A stretch of 63,925 nucleotides of DNA, the filler included, from Klebsormidium nitens (lineage: Eukaryota > Plantae > Klebsormidiophyceae): assembly GCA_000708835.1 (NCBI GenBank). It is 5 parts of 5 records of this genome, joined end to end, with 100 filler letters (N's around TTAATTAATTAA, not from the genome) between each part and the next. Parts side by side here need not be neighbours in the genome. Positions count along the whole stretch, not along the records: positions 27,635 to 43,389 come from DF237471.1; 4 more parts are not named here. One strand, 5' to 3'. The position numbers and the translations under genes were made by a program. This document shows, one piece after another, positions 27,635 to 40,976 of this stretch. The notes under the pieces are model-generated. The model did no database searches. It saw nothing but the letters and a program-made list of their open reading frames with translations, and was not told the DNA's origin. Positions within the stretch are counted from its first letter, which is position 1; the number at the start of each line of letters is the position of its first letter.

Positions 27635-30600
27635 AATGACAGGGGTCGCGCCACCCTCACGTCGAACTCGGAGGGCCTGGGGCTTAGCCAATTACTTTTT
27701 GACGTGATGTTTTTTGGTCAATGACTAAGGCACCTGGTCAAACAGGTCGTTCTTCCGTACGCGTTCCGTTGTTCTGCCCACTTTCCGTCCTTCCGCTGGT
27801 CCGCCTTTCGTCCTTTTGGTCGGCCTGCTTTCAAGTCTGCTCATCCTCCGGTACTCGTTTCAGCGCTCTTCGAGCCGTTTACAGTGGCCTTTTTACTTCC
27901 GCTAGTCCGCCTTTTTGCCCGCTCATTCATGTCTCCGTTGTGCTACCGCTTTCATGTTCGCTTTTACCTTTGGTTTCCGTATTCGATTGTACCCCGACTT
28001 CGTCTTGTCTAGATCTTTGCTTCATGTACACCTTGTCGGTTTCTGCATGGCTGAACCCTTTCGACGTTGTTGCTGCAGGCTTTGCTTTAGAGGCAGCCAA
28101 ATCAAGCCGACACTCCTAGACCAACTCGACCTTCAAAGACATGCACGACCACAGATTTCAGAGCAGTGACCTTACCTTCAATCTTAACGTACTCGCTTAA
28201 TTGCTTGTTCAGTCAATCTCTTTAGAAGTGGCATCAACTTGAAGCGCTTGATTCTAATTGGAGGGACCGAGACGCTGTCCAGTCCAGTCGGAGCTTGTGT
28301 CAAGTGTGGCAAGGATTTACCGAGACGTGGCGCCATGTTTTGGGCCACAGCTCGGTTTTCAGATGTTTTGAGCGTGAGCCACTCACTTGTCAACCTCGAG
28401 AAGGCTCCAGCCAGCGTTATCCGCCCCATTAACCCCTTTCCGTACGATCCTTTCGCCGGTCCTTCCTTCCATCCTTGCGTCGGTCGCTTCCTTTTCCGTC
28501 GGTGCTCAAGGTAACCTTTCGTCTTCATCTTTTCCGTACGTCCGCTGTGCCGTCTGTTTGATGTTCCTTCCGTGATTGCGGCTTTTTGGGTTCTGTTCAC
28601 TGCGCGCCGACGTCCAATTCTCCGTTTCTTTTTTTCGCAACTCTGTGCGCCATCCTTTCATCCTGCCGTTGTACTAATAAGTACTTAAAGCTTTCCTACG
28701 TCATTTTACCCCAATGGCCGTTTTGTCCTCCAGATTCAGTTTGCATATATGCGCCCACCTTTTCAAGTCGAGTTCCAGTACGTAGCTTTTGCAAAGCTTC
28801 ATAGATTAGGAATGAAAGTCTAGCAGGGAGTACCCGTGCTGCGCGACGCTTGTCAAATGGCTTCCGTGCGTTGGCTCTTCGAACCGTGTGACGCCTCCCT
28901 AATCATTCCCCCTGTGCAAATCGTTGGCACGCACTCCGTTCTTATTCGTTGACTTCTTTGAACTTTCAGAGAGCGCAAACCTCAAAGCTGAACAACAACA
29001 AGAAGTGCCTGGAAAAACAATCCCTCATTCAGTTTAGTAGTAATGAACAGCCGCACAACAATAATGCAGCTTGTTTGTTCGGGGAGAGTACCGTCCGATA
29101 GAGTGGCTGGATCGGAAGATGGCAGAAGGCTAAAGCCTGTAGCACTCTGAGTGGCGGCCCGTAATCTCGTGCCCAGTTCCCATGTTTCGCGGGCCTTGAG
29201 CATTATCTTAGAGTTCCCTTGTTGAATCTACCACGTGGCTAAAGCGAGAACAAAACCTACCCCTGATCGGTCTAGGTGGTAAAAAGGCGGCCGGCGTAAT
29301 TCTCTGCTTAAATCTTTAAAAAAAGATGGCAATCAAAACGTATGTCGACGTATGTCAATATGCCGCCAAAGGATCTCAAAGGCAAGGCTTGTACGTTTTG
29401 AAGCCACGTACTCAGTCGGAATGACTTGGAAGTTCGCCCAGAAACAGTTCCCGACCTATCCTGAATATGTTTGGATCCGTTCAACGATCCTATGTCCACA
29501 TTCTGAAGGCCCGTAGACATCTGGCAATCCCTTCAATCAGAACCTGTGACTCTCAAAACCGGACTTCAGAGCCCATGTTCACGTGTTAAATGATGGAATC
29601 CTTTTTCGAATAGTATGTCACCACGATGTTCATCTCGACCAGATCTGCCCCCGAGCTTCTAAGTAGGGATGCTGAAGCACGAATCTCTCGCAAAAGAAAT
29701 GCATCGTTCAGGATTTTTCTCTGTTCCGTCCCGTCAGTCCATCAGCCGTTTTTCCGTCCATCTGGTCGAGATGAACATCAGAGTCCGGCCCTTCAGAGTC
29801 CGGCCCTTCACCGATACGCTTGCTTAGAACTTTGTTTTAGTCCCCTTGTCCGGCCTTTTAAGTCTTTGTCAAAGTGACTCCACCTGGCGCCTTTTTCTTG
29901 TACTCTGTTTGCAGTCTAGATTAGGCAAAGACGACGACCATGCGTTGGTGCCTCGGTGTGCCAGACCTTTCTCCCGAGGCCACATTCTGGTAACCTGAAA
30001 AACCGTTTCACCTGAGATGCTCTTTCTTTGTATGACTGGGTGATCAATTGGAACATGGATCCAAGAGGTAAACCATTGTTTTTGGTACACCAGTCGCTCG
30101 GGCAACAATCTGCGGCTCTGGCATCCATTGTTCTCACTGACTTTCGCTTACATCTCTCTGTTCGTGCGCTCTTTTGGGCATCCCCGTGTCCTTCGTTCCT
30201 TGCCCAAACCCCTCTTTGCTGTTAGATTGTTGGTATATATAATTATGCTTCCACTCCATCCGCCTAGCAATCGAACGCCAAGTTCCAAGTAATTTGTTTA
30301 TACGGGTATCCGCCCAGTTCTTGTTTCTCGAGCAAACGGAACCGTAGCTTCCGCAGAGCTCCGTATGTACAAGCTGGTTTGTAACTAACTCTGATAATAA
30401 TGTAGAATGGACCCCGCAGCTCCGTTCACTGCCATTGCAAAGCGACCTTTGTCGGCTACAAAGACCCCCAGCGCGCGCGGCCGGGCCCGCTTGTTTCAAT
30501 ATATTCTGGCGCATAGTCTTCAAGCTTAACACGGCAAATCAGCCCGGTTCTGTCAACGCTCCAGGTCTGGGTGCATTCTGGGGCTCGAAAGTGCTTTTAA

Positions 30601-33600
30601 TATGAGGTGAAGTTTCTCTTCTATGTTTTACAGAGCTCAAAGATGCACTGATCCTGCTTCCCGTCTTGCTGAGCGTTCGCAATTAAAAGATAATTATTTG
30701 TACTACTGCTTGTTTGTTCTGGAACCCCGTCCATAGGGTGCAGGTTGGAAAATGGCCGGGCCGTAAAACGGCTGAAGCACAAACGGCCGGCGCGTCGTTC
30801 GTGCCACGTTGGCCCTGCTTCGACCCTTAGGCCACGTTTCTATACGCCAAAACATCGGCTGCATTCCGCTACAGCTGACCCACAAGATAGACGGCACCTC
30901 TAAATAACGTTGTTGAGCTATTCTGTTGTGTGGCAAATTCTAACTTAAGTTCAAAAGTGGCAATGAGGCTTTAAGACGTGGCGCCTTCTTTGTCGCCATG
31001 AGTTGCGCCTTTGATACTTCCGTACTGAAGCCATAAGTTTTGCTGATACTAGGCCTCGGAAGGTGCGCCATCAACAGTACTATCCACTGGAGTCCACATG
31101 AAAACGAAAAGCGTTGCGATGGAAGTGGACATCTGGCGTTTCTGAAAGAAAGACTCAACCTGTGTCGTCATTCGAGCAATTCCCGTATGCTTGAGATTCT
31201 CTGAAGCATCACTAGCTACCATCTTTATTTCATGTGAAGAGGAATCTCGCTCGGGTTGAATCAAAAGGACTCTCGCTCCCAAGAGTAGTTTGATGGAGCA
31301 GCGAGAAACATTTCCATGCTGGGGGCGGCCCACTTTTGAAACCCGGCCGCAAGACCCAATTTTGTCGTGCCTTTGGTGCCGGCTCACCTTTGCCGGCCGT
31401 AGTCGCAACCTACTTTTCAGGCGCAACGAAACCGCTTGGAACTGGAAAACTTCCTTGAAGCGAACGCACCGTTCCGTGATCTTCTTGTTTTCAAGTTTCT
31501 CGTTCCGGCGGTGCCGTCCAAGTCCGTTCCAATCAGCCATTGGTCCGCCTTCTTTGCTTGAAAGGCGGGTCGTCAAGTGTATATTTATCTTGTTCTTTCT
31601 TCCCCCCTTTTAGACAGCTTTCGCGGCCTTTCTTTCTCCCATATGATACTCTCTATTATATAGTCCAAAAAGCTTGCCAGGCTCGACGGTCCCACGGCCG
31701 GGCGTTGCTGGTGCCGCATTTGGGCGCACATGCACAAGATTTTGCCTCAGAACCGGCAAAAATCACTCTCTTGTACTGGCAGTAGAACTTGATAGCTTTT
31801 TAATTTCTGCTACTTTTGCTGCTTCATGGTATTATGATGCAAGATTGAAGGCACACCATCACGTACGCTCTCAAATGCGTCGTCGCTTTGCACACTTAAT
31901 TCGGTCACGTCTGCTTGCTTGCCATTTTCTCGATCGATGTTATACAGCCTTGCCTCTGACTGCCTAACAACGAAATGGACGATTTTAGCCAAGGAAGCCT
32001 TGAGCTTCTATTCTCTCTGTATGGGCTGATTCTTCGTTACACCTGGTAAGTTTGTTCTCATAAGACCGTGACTGAACTAACTCAAAGGAAGATGCATCAA
32101 ATCCGCCGGAGGCCGTTCAAGCTTCGCGCAGCTTAAAACGCCGTCTCAAGTCCTCCGTAAGTCCGTCTCTGGGGCCGATTGAGTGTAGGCTCCTTCATCA
32201 AAAGAGCCACAGTTTCTCAGCTCAAACTTCAGATGTACATCAGGGCCAGCTAGTAAGCCTACAAAGGATCTCTTGAGTGGTCGGCTCCTTCTGATTGCGT
32301 CGCGAGGAGGAGACGACAGTTGGCATTGCATAATGTCTTAATGTCAGGCTCCATGCATATCATTCATCTCCCGGTCTGATGGACTACTGAGAAGCCATGT
32401 TCCAAATTCTACGTTGATATGTAGGTTGGCTGTTCATCGCACCTCTGCCAGTGCCGAAACGCGCTTCAAAGCAACCCCACTGTTGTTACTTCTAATTGTT
32501 GATATTTCTTGCTTACTGTCATTTATATCATTACCACTGTTATCGGCTCGTTACGGCGCGATCGATGTTGTGAAACGGGCGCCGTGTACTCGGACTTGCC
32601 AGAAAAGGACTGAAATGCATGCGCTCAATTTCCTATTTGTGCTTCTTATGGCAGCGCAAAGTTTCTGATTTGCTAATTTGAGAGCGGCAAGGGGGACCCA
32701 AGGCGCGTGGTGGCTCGTATATAAGCTTGCCATGGCGATGTTTGATTGTCCGAGCCCCCTTGTTCAGTCTGTACGTCAAAGCGATATCATCTGGCCTCTG
32801 ACATCTTTGGGTACCAAATGTTTGCCATGAGGAAGTTGTTTTCTGACGAGATGGGTAGGAGTTTATGCATGGTATGACCTAAAATTTATGGAGGTAGTAT
32901 TTTCTGGCATTTTGAAAGCAAAAACAAATCTGGAACGAAGGAAGCTTGCCCTGGTATACTCAGTTCGATCATTCCCGACTCTGGGAGGCAACTTTGAATG
33001 ACTCCAGCTTAGCGGTGCACGAACGTACTGTTGGCTCGAAGTAGGATCGTCTGTTTCTTACGGGGCGCTTTCGTCTTGGACAGCTGGATAGACCGTTTTG
33101 CACCTATCGCTCCGTTATCGTTGCGAGAAGTAGCTTTGGTGTGGTACCAAATGTGCAAGGCCCCGCAGGGGGTAAGGAAGCACATAAGTCGTTCCATGTG
33201 AGCCGGACTCTTAACTCAGAATTCTGAACTCCGTCAGGAAATGTATCGATCGGTCCTGCTTGATTGCGTCCGTCCGATTGTTCACTCTCCACTTTCACCG
33301 ATCTTCCTTCCGTCGTTCTGTCCGTCCGCCCGTCCTGCAACCCGTTTTCTTTCCGTCCCCTTGAGTCCTCGTTCGTCCTTTCCATTTTTCCTGTGCCCCA
33401 GCGCACGTACTGCTCCGTCCGCTGAATGATCCTTGCGGTCACCCTTTCCGGCTCCGTGCCTTCTTTTCCTGCCTTCGGCGGGGTTTCGGGCTGTAGTTCC
33501 TCTGGCTCCCAAGGCTCTAGGCCGGGCTGGCTGGTCGGGTGCCCACTCGCGTTGGGAGATCAGCGTAGGTCGCTCTTCCGTCCTTGCGAAAGAACTTTCC

Positions 33601-36600
33601 CGGTCTGTGCACTTGCGAGCAGTCTGCTAATATTTTCATCCCGCATGAAACGTGTTCCGTTCGGGGCACTTGCTGATCCGGCCATCTACCCTTCCTTCTA
33701 CTTTTTCTTTACTCTTGGTCTACCTTCTTTCCGTTTGTCAATCTGTACTTGGAGTACTGGCTTTTAGTTGCTGGAGAAAGAATTTGCTAGACGGTTCTGC
33801 TAGACGGCACTCATCTCCAGGATAGCCCAGAACCGACGATGTTGTTGACGTGATAGGTACGCTTAAACTTGTAATGGCTCAGCGACTGCATCACGCACGT
33901 GTCAGCTCATCCCGGGCAATTTCGCAATCAGTTTTCGTTCTGCAAAACAAATCGGACGATTGACAGATTGACAATCTTAGAGAACGTAAAAAGTTTCCTG
34001 CGGGTTGCTGGCAAGGATCAACCCCTAGTGTTTGGTGCGGTTCCGCCTCCAAGGAGGGTTACGATCAGGTGTCACGGCTTTTGAGCCACCTCATTTTTAG
34101 GCATCTTTTAGAATTGCACTCAAATGATGATGCCAGCTTTAATCGAGTCTCTTACGTCCGCGCACATCCCTGGCAGTGCTCCGCATACGGTCCTGATCAG
34201 CTGCGCTTGCTAACGCTCTCTAATTGAATCTGAGCCTAGCAGGTTTCGGCACTGGCTTTGAACCATCTATCTGAAATTCTGTCACTTTGTCATTCGAAGT
34301 TCTCTTACTCGAGGCGGTTCTCATGCTGAAAGTTTCTCGTGACTTCTCAGGATCGGCTCTGGTGTCTTCTGCTATGATTGATAATCAGTAATAAAGAAGA
34401 AGCTCAGAAGGCTGTTTGGGCCAGAAGTTCGGAGGGGCTCTTAAAAATTTGGGACAGCGGCAGCCTGCCATTCAAGCCGCTGCACGCGGCATCGCGCGCG
34501 CGCTCCATGGAGCTCGTTGCCTGAGCATTCGAATTTTGAGAAAGTTTCAGAACTTGTTCCCGTCTGGGCGAGGACAACTCGATGATGGTGCCAGAAACCG
34601 TGCAGCCAAGAACGTTAACTATAGGACGTCAAAATAACGTCCAGAGCTCACCTCAGGAACGACAAGGAGAAACTTGAAAGCATATCAACAGATCGGTTTT
34701 GGCAAGCATCCACTGCGATCCCACGCGAGGCCGTCTGATCGTTTCTCTTGCAACGGGGAACACGCACCTGGTTCTAGGGCTAATCCACGTTTTCGGCGGT
34801 GATTTCGAACCACAACCCGCCATTGAAATTATAAGAAAGTATGCACAACCTACGTTCCAGGGACTGCCGTTCGCTCTTTAGGGCCTCTTTCGGCTCCTTT
34901 TGGTGTTCCTCGCTCAAACTGTCCTACTCGTACTTTTGTTCTCGGTGACGGTAATCCCCCGGCTTTTAGCGGATTGCGAGCGTTTGGGTTTGACTGCAAG
35001 TGTCAACCTTCGTCTGGGAGCTGTCGGACCGAATCTTTTTCGTTCATCGACCCGCTCCGCTTCAGTTCTGCTGCTTTCAACGCGTCTTTCCTTCTTGTGC
35101 TCGCGGCCTCTAGTCCGCTGTTCCGTCCGCTCCTTTCCGTCGCAACCGTCCTGATCGCCGCTCATCTGCAGGCTCGACCATCCGTTCCGGGCCATTTCCC
35201 CTTCTATTAACAACGTCCTCCTGTCCTACGTCCACCAATCTTCAACCGTCAACTTATAGCTGTTTGCCTTTGATTCATTCCCTTTCTGATTTTCGGCGAG
35301 CCGTTTCTTTCTCGTCGTTGCGTCCGCGCTAATGTTATCTCCCAGCCGTCTCACAGATTTCCGATTCCCGTCTCCTCTCACTGACGTTGCGTTGCATATT
35401 GAATCCTGCAACTCAGACTACTTGGCGTGTCCTGTCTTGTACCCCGTTCCTCGCGTGTCTCGCTTCTCGCTTCTCGATATTTGGCTTCCATATGACTCAC
35501 ATGTGACTCATGTGAATTATGCGACTCATGTTTCAGTGACAGTTTGTCGACCTCATTTCTTTGAATCACTTCTTCAGTGCACCGAGGCAAATCTCCAAGT
35601 TCCTTTCGAAGCTTTTGGAAGAGGCGTGAGTGACTGCCAGTTAATTCCAGCCACGGATGCTGGATTACCATCTATCCACCTCACAGGCTCCAAACGTTCA
35701 CCTGAAGATACATGTTGTGGGCCCACCAGGACGGTACTACTCGACAAGCTTTTCGTTTCATGAATCCATTGATGACTCCACCCAGCTTTCCCTGCAGGCT
35801 ACCAGAACTCTCACAGAGGCCTCCGTTGCAGCCCTCCACCCTGACATCTCCATCTTCTGCGCGGGGTCAACTCTTTGTCAGCCAACCCGTTTCTGCCACG
35901 TCATCAAGATCCGCCGTGACGTCCGCAATTGAACGTGGCGCCATCCTGGCTGGCTCTTTGATCATGCTGCTTCAAGCTTCCTCCCCTCAGGATCGGAAGC
36001 GGTACGGTATCATGCAACCCCCTGTCACACGGTAACATGTTATGTCTCTTAGTCTCTTACAAGTTTGAAAAGGGGACCAGGGACTCTCGTTAGGAACCAC
36101 CGTCGCTAAAACTCTCAAGTCCAAAGGTTGCGAGATCGTACAAAGGCACCTAGACGTGGGATGGAGGAAACATCTGGGATAACTTTGTTACGAGTAACGG
36201 CAAAGCAAATCGCAGCTGCGCACCGGCATACTAATATCACGGCAGCGCAGCCAGTGGCGGCCGGCCACTAGGCTTACCTGACGGTTGATCGGAACCGTTG
36301 ATCAACAGGTCTGTCTGATCAGTCACGTGCAAAGATCGTGAGTGCATTCCCATTCATTCACGTCGAACGAGGTGCAAAGGCATCGAACTCGTATCCTTCG
36401 GCGCGTGCAGTGCCAATGCATTCACGGGCACCATATTTTCAGCGCAAGGAATGATGCAATATATGTGCACGGCATGAGCGTACTTCAAATCTAGCACACG
36501 TATAATGCAAACCTGCATGCTATAGACACAGAGCACCTCGTTGGATTGCTGTCCCTGGACGTGCAACATTGTGCATGGCGTATATAATATGCTGCTCGAC

Positions 36601-39254
36601 ACAAAAAATTCCGACACATGTGTGTTCCGCAGGCTCAGGTGCAACATAGACGGTATGTACGAGCCGTTGTATTGGTGCTGGCATGTGACTGATAACACCG
36701 TTCAAGGCCCGTTTAAGGAGCTAGGATCGGGATGCATCGACTGGACTCTGACCGACACGGGTATGATGTTGCAGAATGGGTAGACTACTATTAACATTTA
36801 ATTACTTTATCAATGGCTATCGTCTGCAGCTCATGCACTTATCGAACGCCTGCATGCGGCGCGGCCGCGGGGCGCTGAATGTAATTGGGCCGGATCCACC
36901 GCGGGCGGCCTCACCCGGGCCGGCCAGACAGCTCTGCGAACGCCGCCAGAAGCGAGCTTCGAGTTGAGCCCGCACATCATGATATAGCGTGACAGTCCTC
37001 ATGGGCCCGAGGTGGCCGCGCTGATCCGCACTATTCCATTTGCACACTTGCGATGTCAGTGTCGAGTGGCCGGCCATGCACCTTGACGTATAGTTTTCAA
37101 GGCCCTAAACAGGGAGAAAACTCAACACTATGGCTTAATGGATTCGATCAACCATGGTTCCGTGTCAACAGCAGCCTAGAACTATAGGTATTGCATGCCG
37201 TGCATCATTGGGCTCGCAGTCACTGCCAGGCTGAGGGCCGCGCGCTGATAAGCTAATTGATCTCTTCTCAGAAGTCAACTATGGACCAGATCGGATGACA
37301 TGAAGCTAGCTACGCGCGCCGCGTGGCCCGCGATTTCACTACATACCAATGCATCGATGCCGCGCCGCCTGAGCAAAGCCAGACGCGCTGCCATGCAGTC
37401 ACTACTCTGGCACCATTAGGCTGCCCTGTCAATACCGTACGCGGCCGGCATGTTAAGCCACGTACATGATGCACGACTGGCAGCGGGGCACGGCTGGCCC
37501 TGGCTGCCGCACTGCACCGTATGCAATACATGTACGCCACGTTGGGTGCGCCCGTCCAGCCGCGTATAATGGCAGTACGTTGCATATTCAGTACTAAGAC
37601 TCGTCATTTTGGCAGACTTTGCAATTCACATGGCATCATCGAATGGCGCGGCCGCCAACAGATATCGGGCCTGGCACCAATGATGGCGGTCGCAGTCTAT
37701 ATCTCTCGGCCCAGTCCAAGAAAGTAGCAAGTTATCAAGCTCATTGTCACTCTCGAGCCCGGCCGTTGATTGACTCAGTGCATGAGGTTGATATACCTTG
37801 TTTTCAAAGACAAGCTCGGCGGATCCTGGTACGGGACTGCTCGAAGTACAGAACATGCTGGCTGACTCGTGTCTTATTACAATTAGGAAGTTTACATGGG
37901 GCGTTTTGGTAGCTTCGTAGCGCCCGGTAGCGACTTGTAGCGTAAATTCACGAACCCGGTACATAGCGCTACTGCAATAGCTTGGTACTTGGCTGAAACG
38001 CTGTTTACATGAAGCCGGCTCAGTAGCACGATTACAAAAGTTCGGACGGTCATGGACGGTCCGCACTGCTTGATCGCTCTTCAAATCTGCCCGGTCGATG
38101 TCCAAGATTTACGCTACGTGCGCTATGGGACAGTAGACCATCGATTTCGATGGTCTAGCGGAAGGCCAAATTTGGCTGCGCTAAGGGACACTACGCAACG
38201 ATACTGCGCTACGGAACCTCTCATGTAAACTCCTGCAGCGCCGTAGCGCCGGAAGCTCTCAATATTGCGCTACCGGCCGACGGTAGCAAACTTCCTAAAT
38301 GTTTCAGAATCCTGCGCATAAGGAGTACGACTGTCCGCTAGGTTCTTCGATTGTCATTCGAGAATGCCAGTGCCGAATCTTAGCACGCTCGTCACCACCC
38401 TAAGCGGTCCTCTCCTCAATTTGACGGGCTTATGGTGTTTCGTACGCTTGTAACCTTATCCGCTAACCTTCCCTCGTGCTTCTAGCTTCGGTTTCCGACG
38501 GGCAGCCGCTGCCAGCTTCCTTTCTTGCAACACGCTCTTCTGGCACATGACCACTTCGTACACCGACTGATCTCCGAGCTGCAAAGAGAGTCAGATTTGG
38601 CATCAGGACTTTGAACAATCCAGAGCTTCCTGCTAAGATGACATCCCGCTGCTGTGTCGCTTGGGATCACAACTAACTGGCGCTTATGGCTGGATGACAG
38701 AGCCTGTTTGCTGTTTCACCGATACCTCGAAGCCTGAGAGCTCTGCTATGACTTGAAGCACACCTGTCATGAGACACGGGGTCTTTGAACCCATCGAAGG
38801 AGACAGTGCTACCAGAAATTATTCGAAGACTGCAAAACGTTTAATCAGGACTGCACGATTTGTCTTCGGTAAAAGTTATTCTGAACACCTTCAAATTCAA
38901 TTTGTTCAAAAAAACTCAACAGGTTAGACAAGGCCCTGGGGTTTTGCATCTCCTTCAAATACGCAGAAGTGTTCAGATGTAAGACGTGCTTCTAAAGATC
39001 TGACACAAGCGAGGCCAAAACTCTCTGGGCAGGAGCGAATCTATGTTCCACCCTAGCATCAACACCCAGACTCAACTGAACGACCATCCAGACTCAACTG
39101 AACGACCATCTATACATGGCTTCTCTTGAACGCAGCTTTGCTGCAACTGCAGGTCTCGAGGATCCGTCTCGATTCCTTCAGTTCTTCTCAAAGGCTACAG
39201 CCAGGAGGAAAGTTCGATGGAAACCATTGCTGTGAAGAGGCACATGTATGAGGA

Positions 39255-40976
39255 TCAACTCGTTATATGGGAGGTACTTCTACGTCCGTCGCTACAGCTC
39301 TTGGATCGGCCGCTCCCAGGAAATTGTAGACTACACGAACCATTCCTCCGGCCTAGGAAACTTTCTGAAAGAAGAAAAGAACAAGTCTGCATGGGCCCTG
39401 AACTTTGAAAGAAAGGTCCGGTCTGCGAATGTGGACGCACCTTGATGAAGTTCTGCACAGATGGCGAGTCCGGCCACTGCCCCCGCAGCCACCCGCGGGT
39501 GGCCACTCTGACACCCAAAGCTGCCAGCGCAGTCGAAATCAGCTTTTTCCTCGCCTCCTCTAGTTCCTGGCTCCTTAGATTGTGGAGCTCCAAGTGCCGA
39601 ATGTGCTCCAAAGGGATGGAAGCCGTGTGCTCTCTATGCATCAGATACTCCAAGAAGACTCCCTCTGATTCGGGGACGCTGTCCAGCAGATTCTTGACGC
39701 TGGCAAGCTCTGTCTCATTGATGATCCAGAAAGGGGTATCACCCGACGTAGTAACCTCCAACTCCTGCGCCGACTCCAGTGCGGACATTCTAAACTGTTT
39801 AGCCTTGAAATGTGCTTCAATCCAGTCCATTCGACAATCCAGCATGGACTGCCGTGCACGGATCAAGTACTCGGAGTCAGTTTGTACATCCCCAGCAGGC
39901 CACAACTCTTCAACCTCTGCATCGTCAACCTCTGCATCCATCAGATTGACCTCCCCTTCGCCCTTCTCAATACTCTCAGCTAGGCATTTGATCTTTCTGG
40001 CGGCTGAAAATGCGTCAAGGCTTTGCTTGACGGTCAGATCACAGCTGTTATTTGCTGGGTTTGGCGCCAGGGCAGAACTCAGCACACTCCGGACTCTGCA
40101 GGTTTCTATTGAGAGACCCGCCCCCGGATCAGGCAATACCTCTCTGTTAAGCAATTGGCCACCATCCCAACCGTCATAGAGTCCAATCAGGTGCCCATTC
40201 AGGCAGCAGTACCCGCTCACAGTCACGCCTTTGCCTTCATTCTGCTGGTAATCCAGGTCCCCATCGGGCGGCAACGACTCGGTGTCGCAAATGGGGTTCT
40301 CAGAAAGCGCAGGAGGGAGGCGCACCAAGGGCGCCCGGCAGTATGTGCACTGATCCTCTGCAGATTTCTGCATTTGCTTCTGTTCATAGCTGGACGTGTT
40401 CAAGTACGCCCTAGCTCCTATTCTCCTTGCAATTGCCGAATACTCAAAGTGTCGGATCACGCCCCGGAAGACCATCCCCAAGAGTCCTACAGAGGCACGA
40501 TGCTGGATTTGCTGCTTGTGCAGGCACGGCGCGCTGACAAAGAAGTCTTCATTAAAACACTGTTCTACCAGACCCAGGTCTTTGATAATCTGGGGCCCAG
40601 TCTGGAAGCCGCTTGCTGTCTCATGCATGTGCCCCAGAATGTTCTGACAGACACCAGGGAGCCTCCTAGACAGCTTGCGGCTGGCACTTGTCTCTAAACC
40701 AGGGCAGTAGAGCAACAACTTATAAACGCCATTCCAACCCCCCGTTGGAATAGCCAGGGTTCCGCTGTACCATATGGACTTGCAGAATCCCGGCGCAGCT
40801 TCCAAGCAGAGCTGCCTCCAGACGTCCGTATCCATGTTCCGTCGCCAGTGTTTACATACGCACGAAAGGGCTGCCAGATGCATAGGGCTTGGCCCCAGTC
40901 TCACAAAGATTGCTGCGAGCAGCTCTTAGCTCAGATCTTCCATTGCAGTGCCGGCGTTCCGTTTGACTGACGCCAT
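39255..40976 (-). pseudogene. EID1-like F-box protein, intronless, with an in-frame TAA inside the F-box
   Basis: MASVKRNAGTAMEDLS*ELLAAIFVRLGPSPMHLAALSCVCKHW...VWRQLC...GGWNGVYKLLLYCPG...FFVSAPCLH...FRGVIRHF...CTYCRAPL...YCCLNGHLIGL, matching the EID1/EDL motif order. The TAA is at 40928-40926; the downstream 549-codon frame is open. Confidence 0.72.

Noticed and set aside
28229-28237. tggcatcaa as a tRNA-Met primer-binding site of an LTR element
   Set aside because: Imperfect match, with no identifiable LTR pair or gag/pol downstream.
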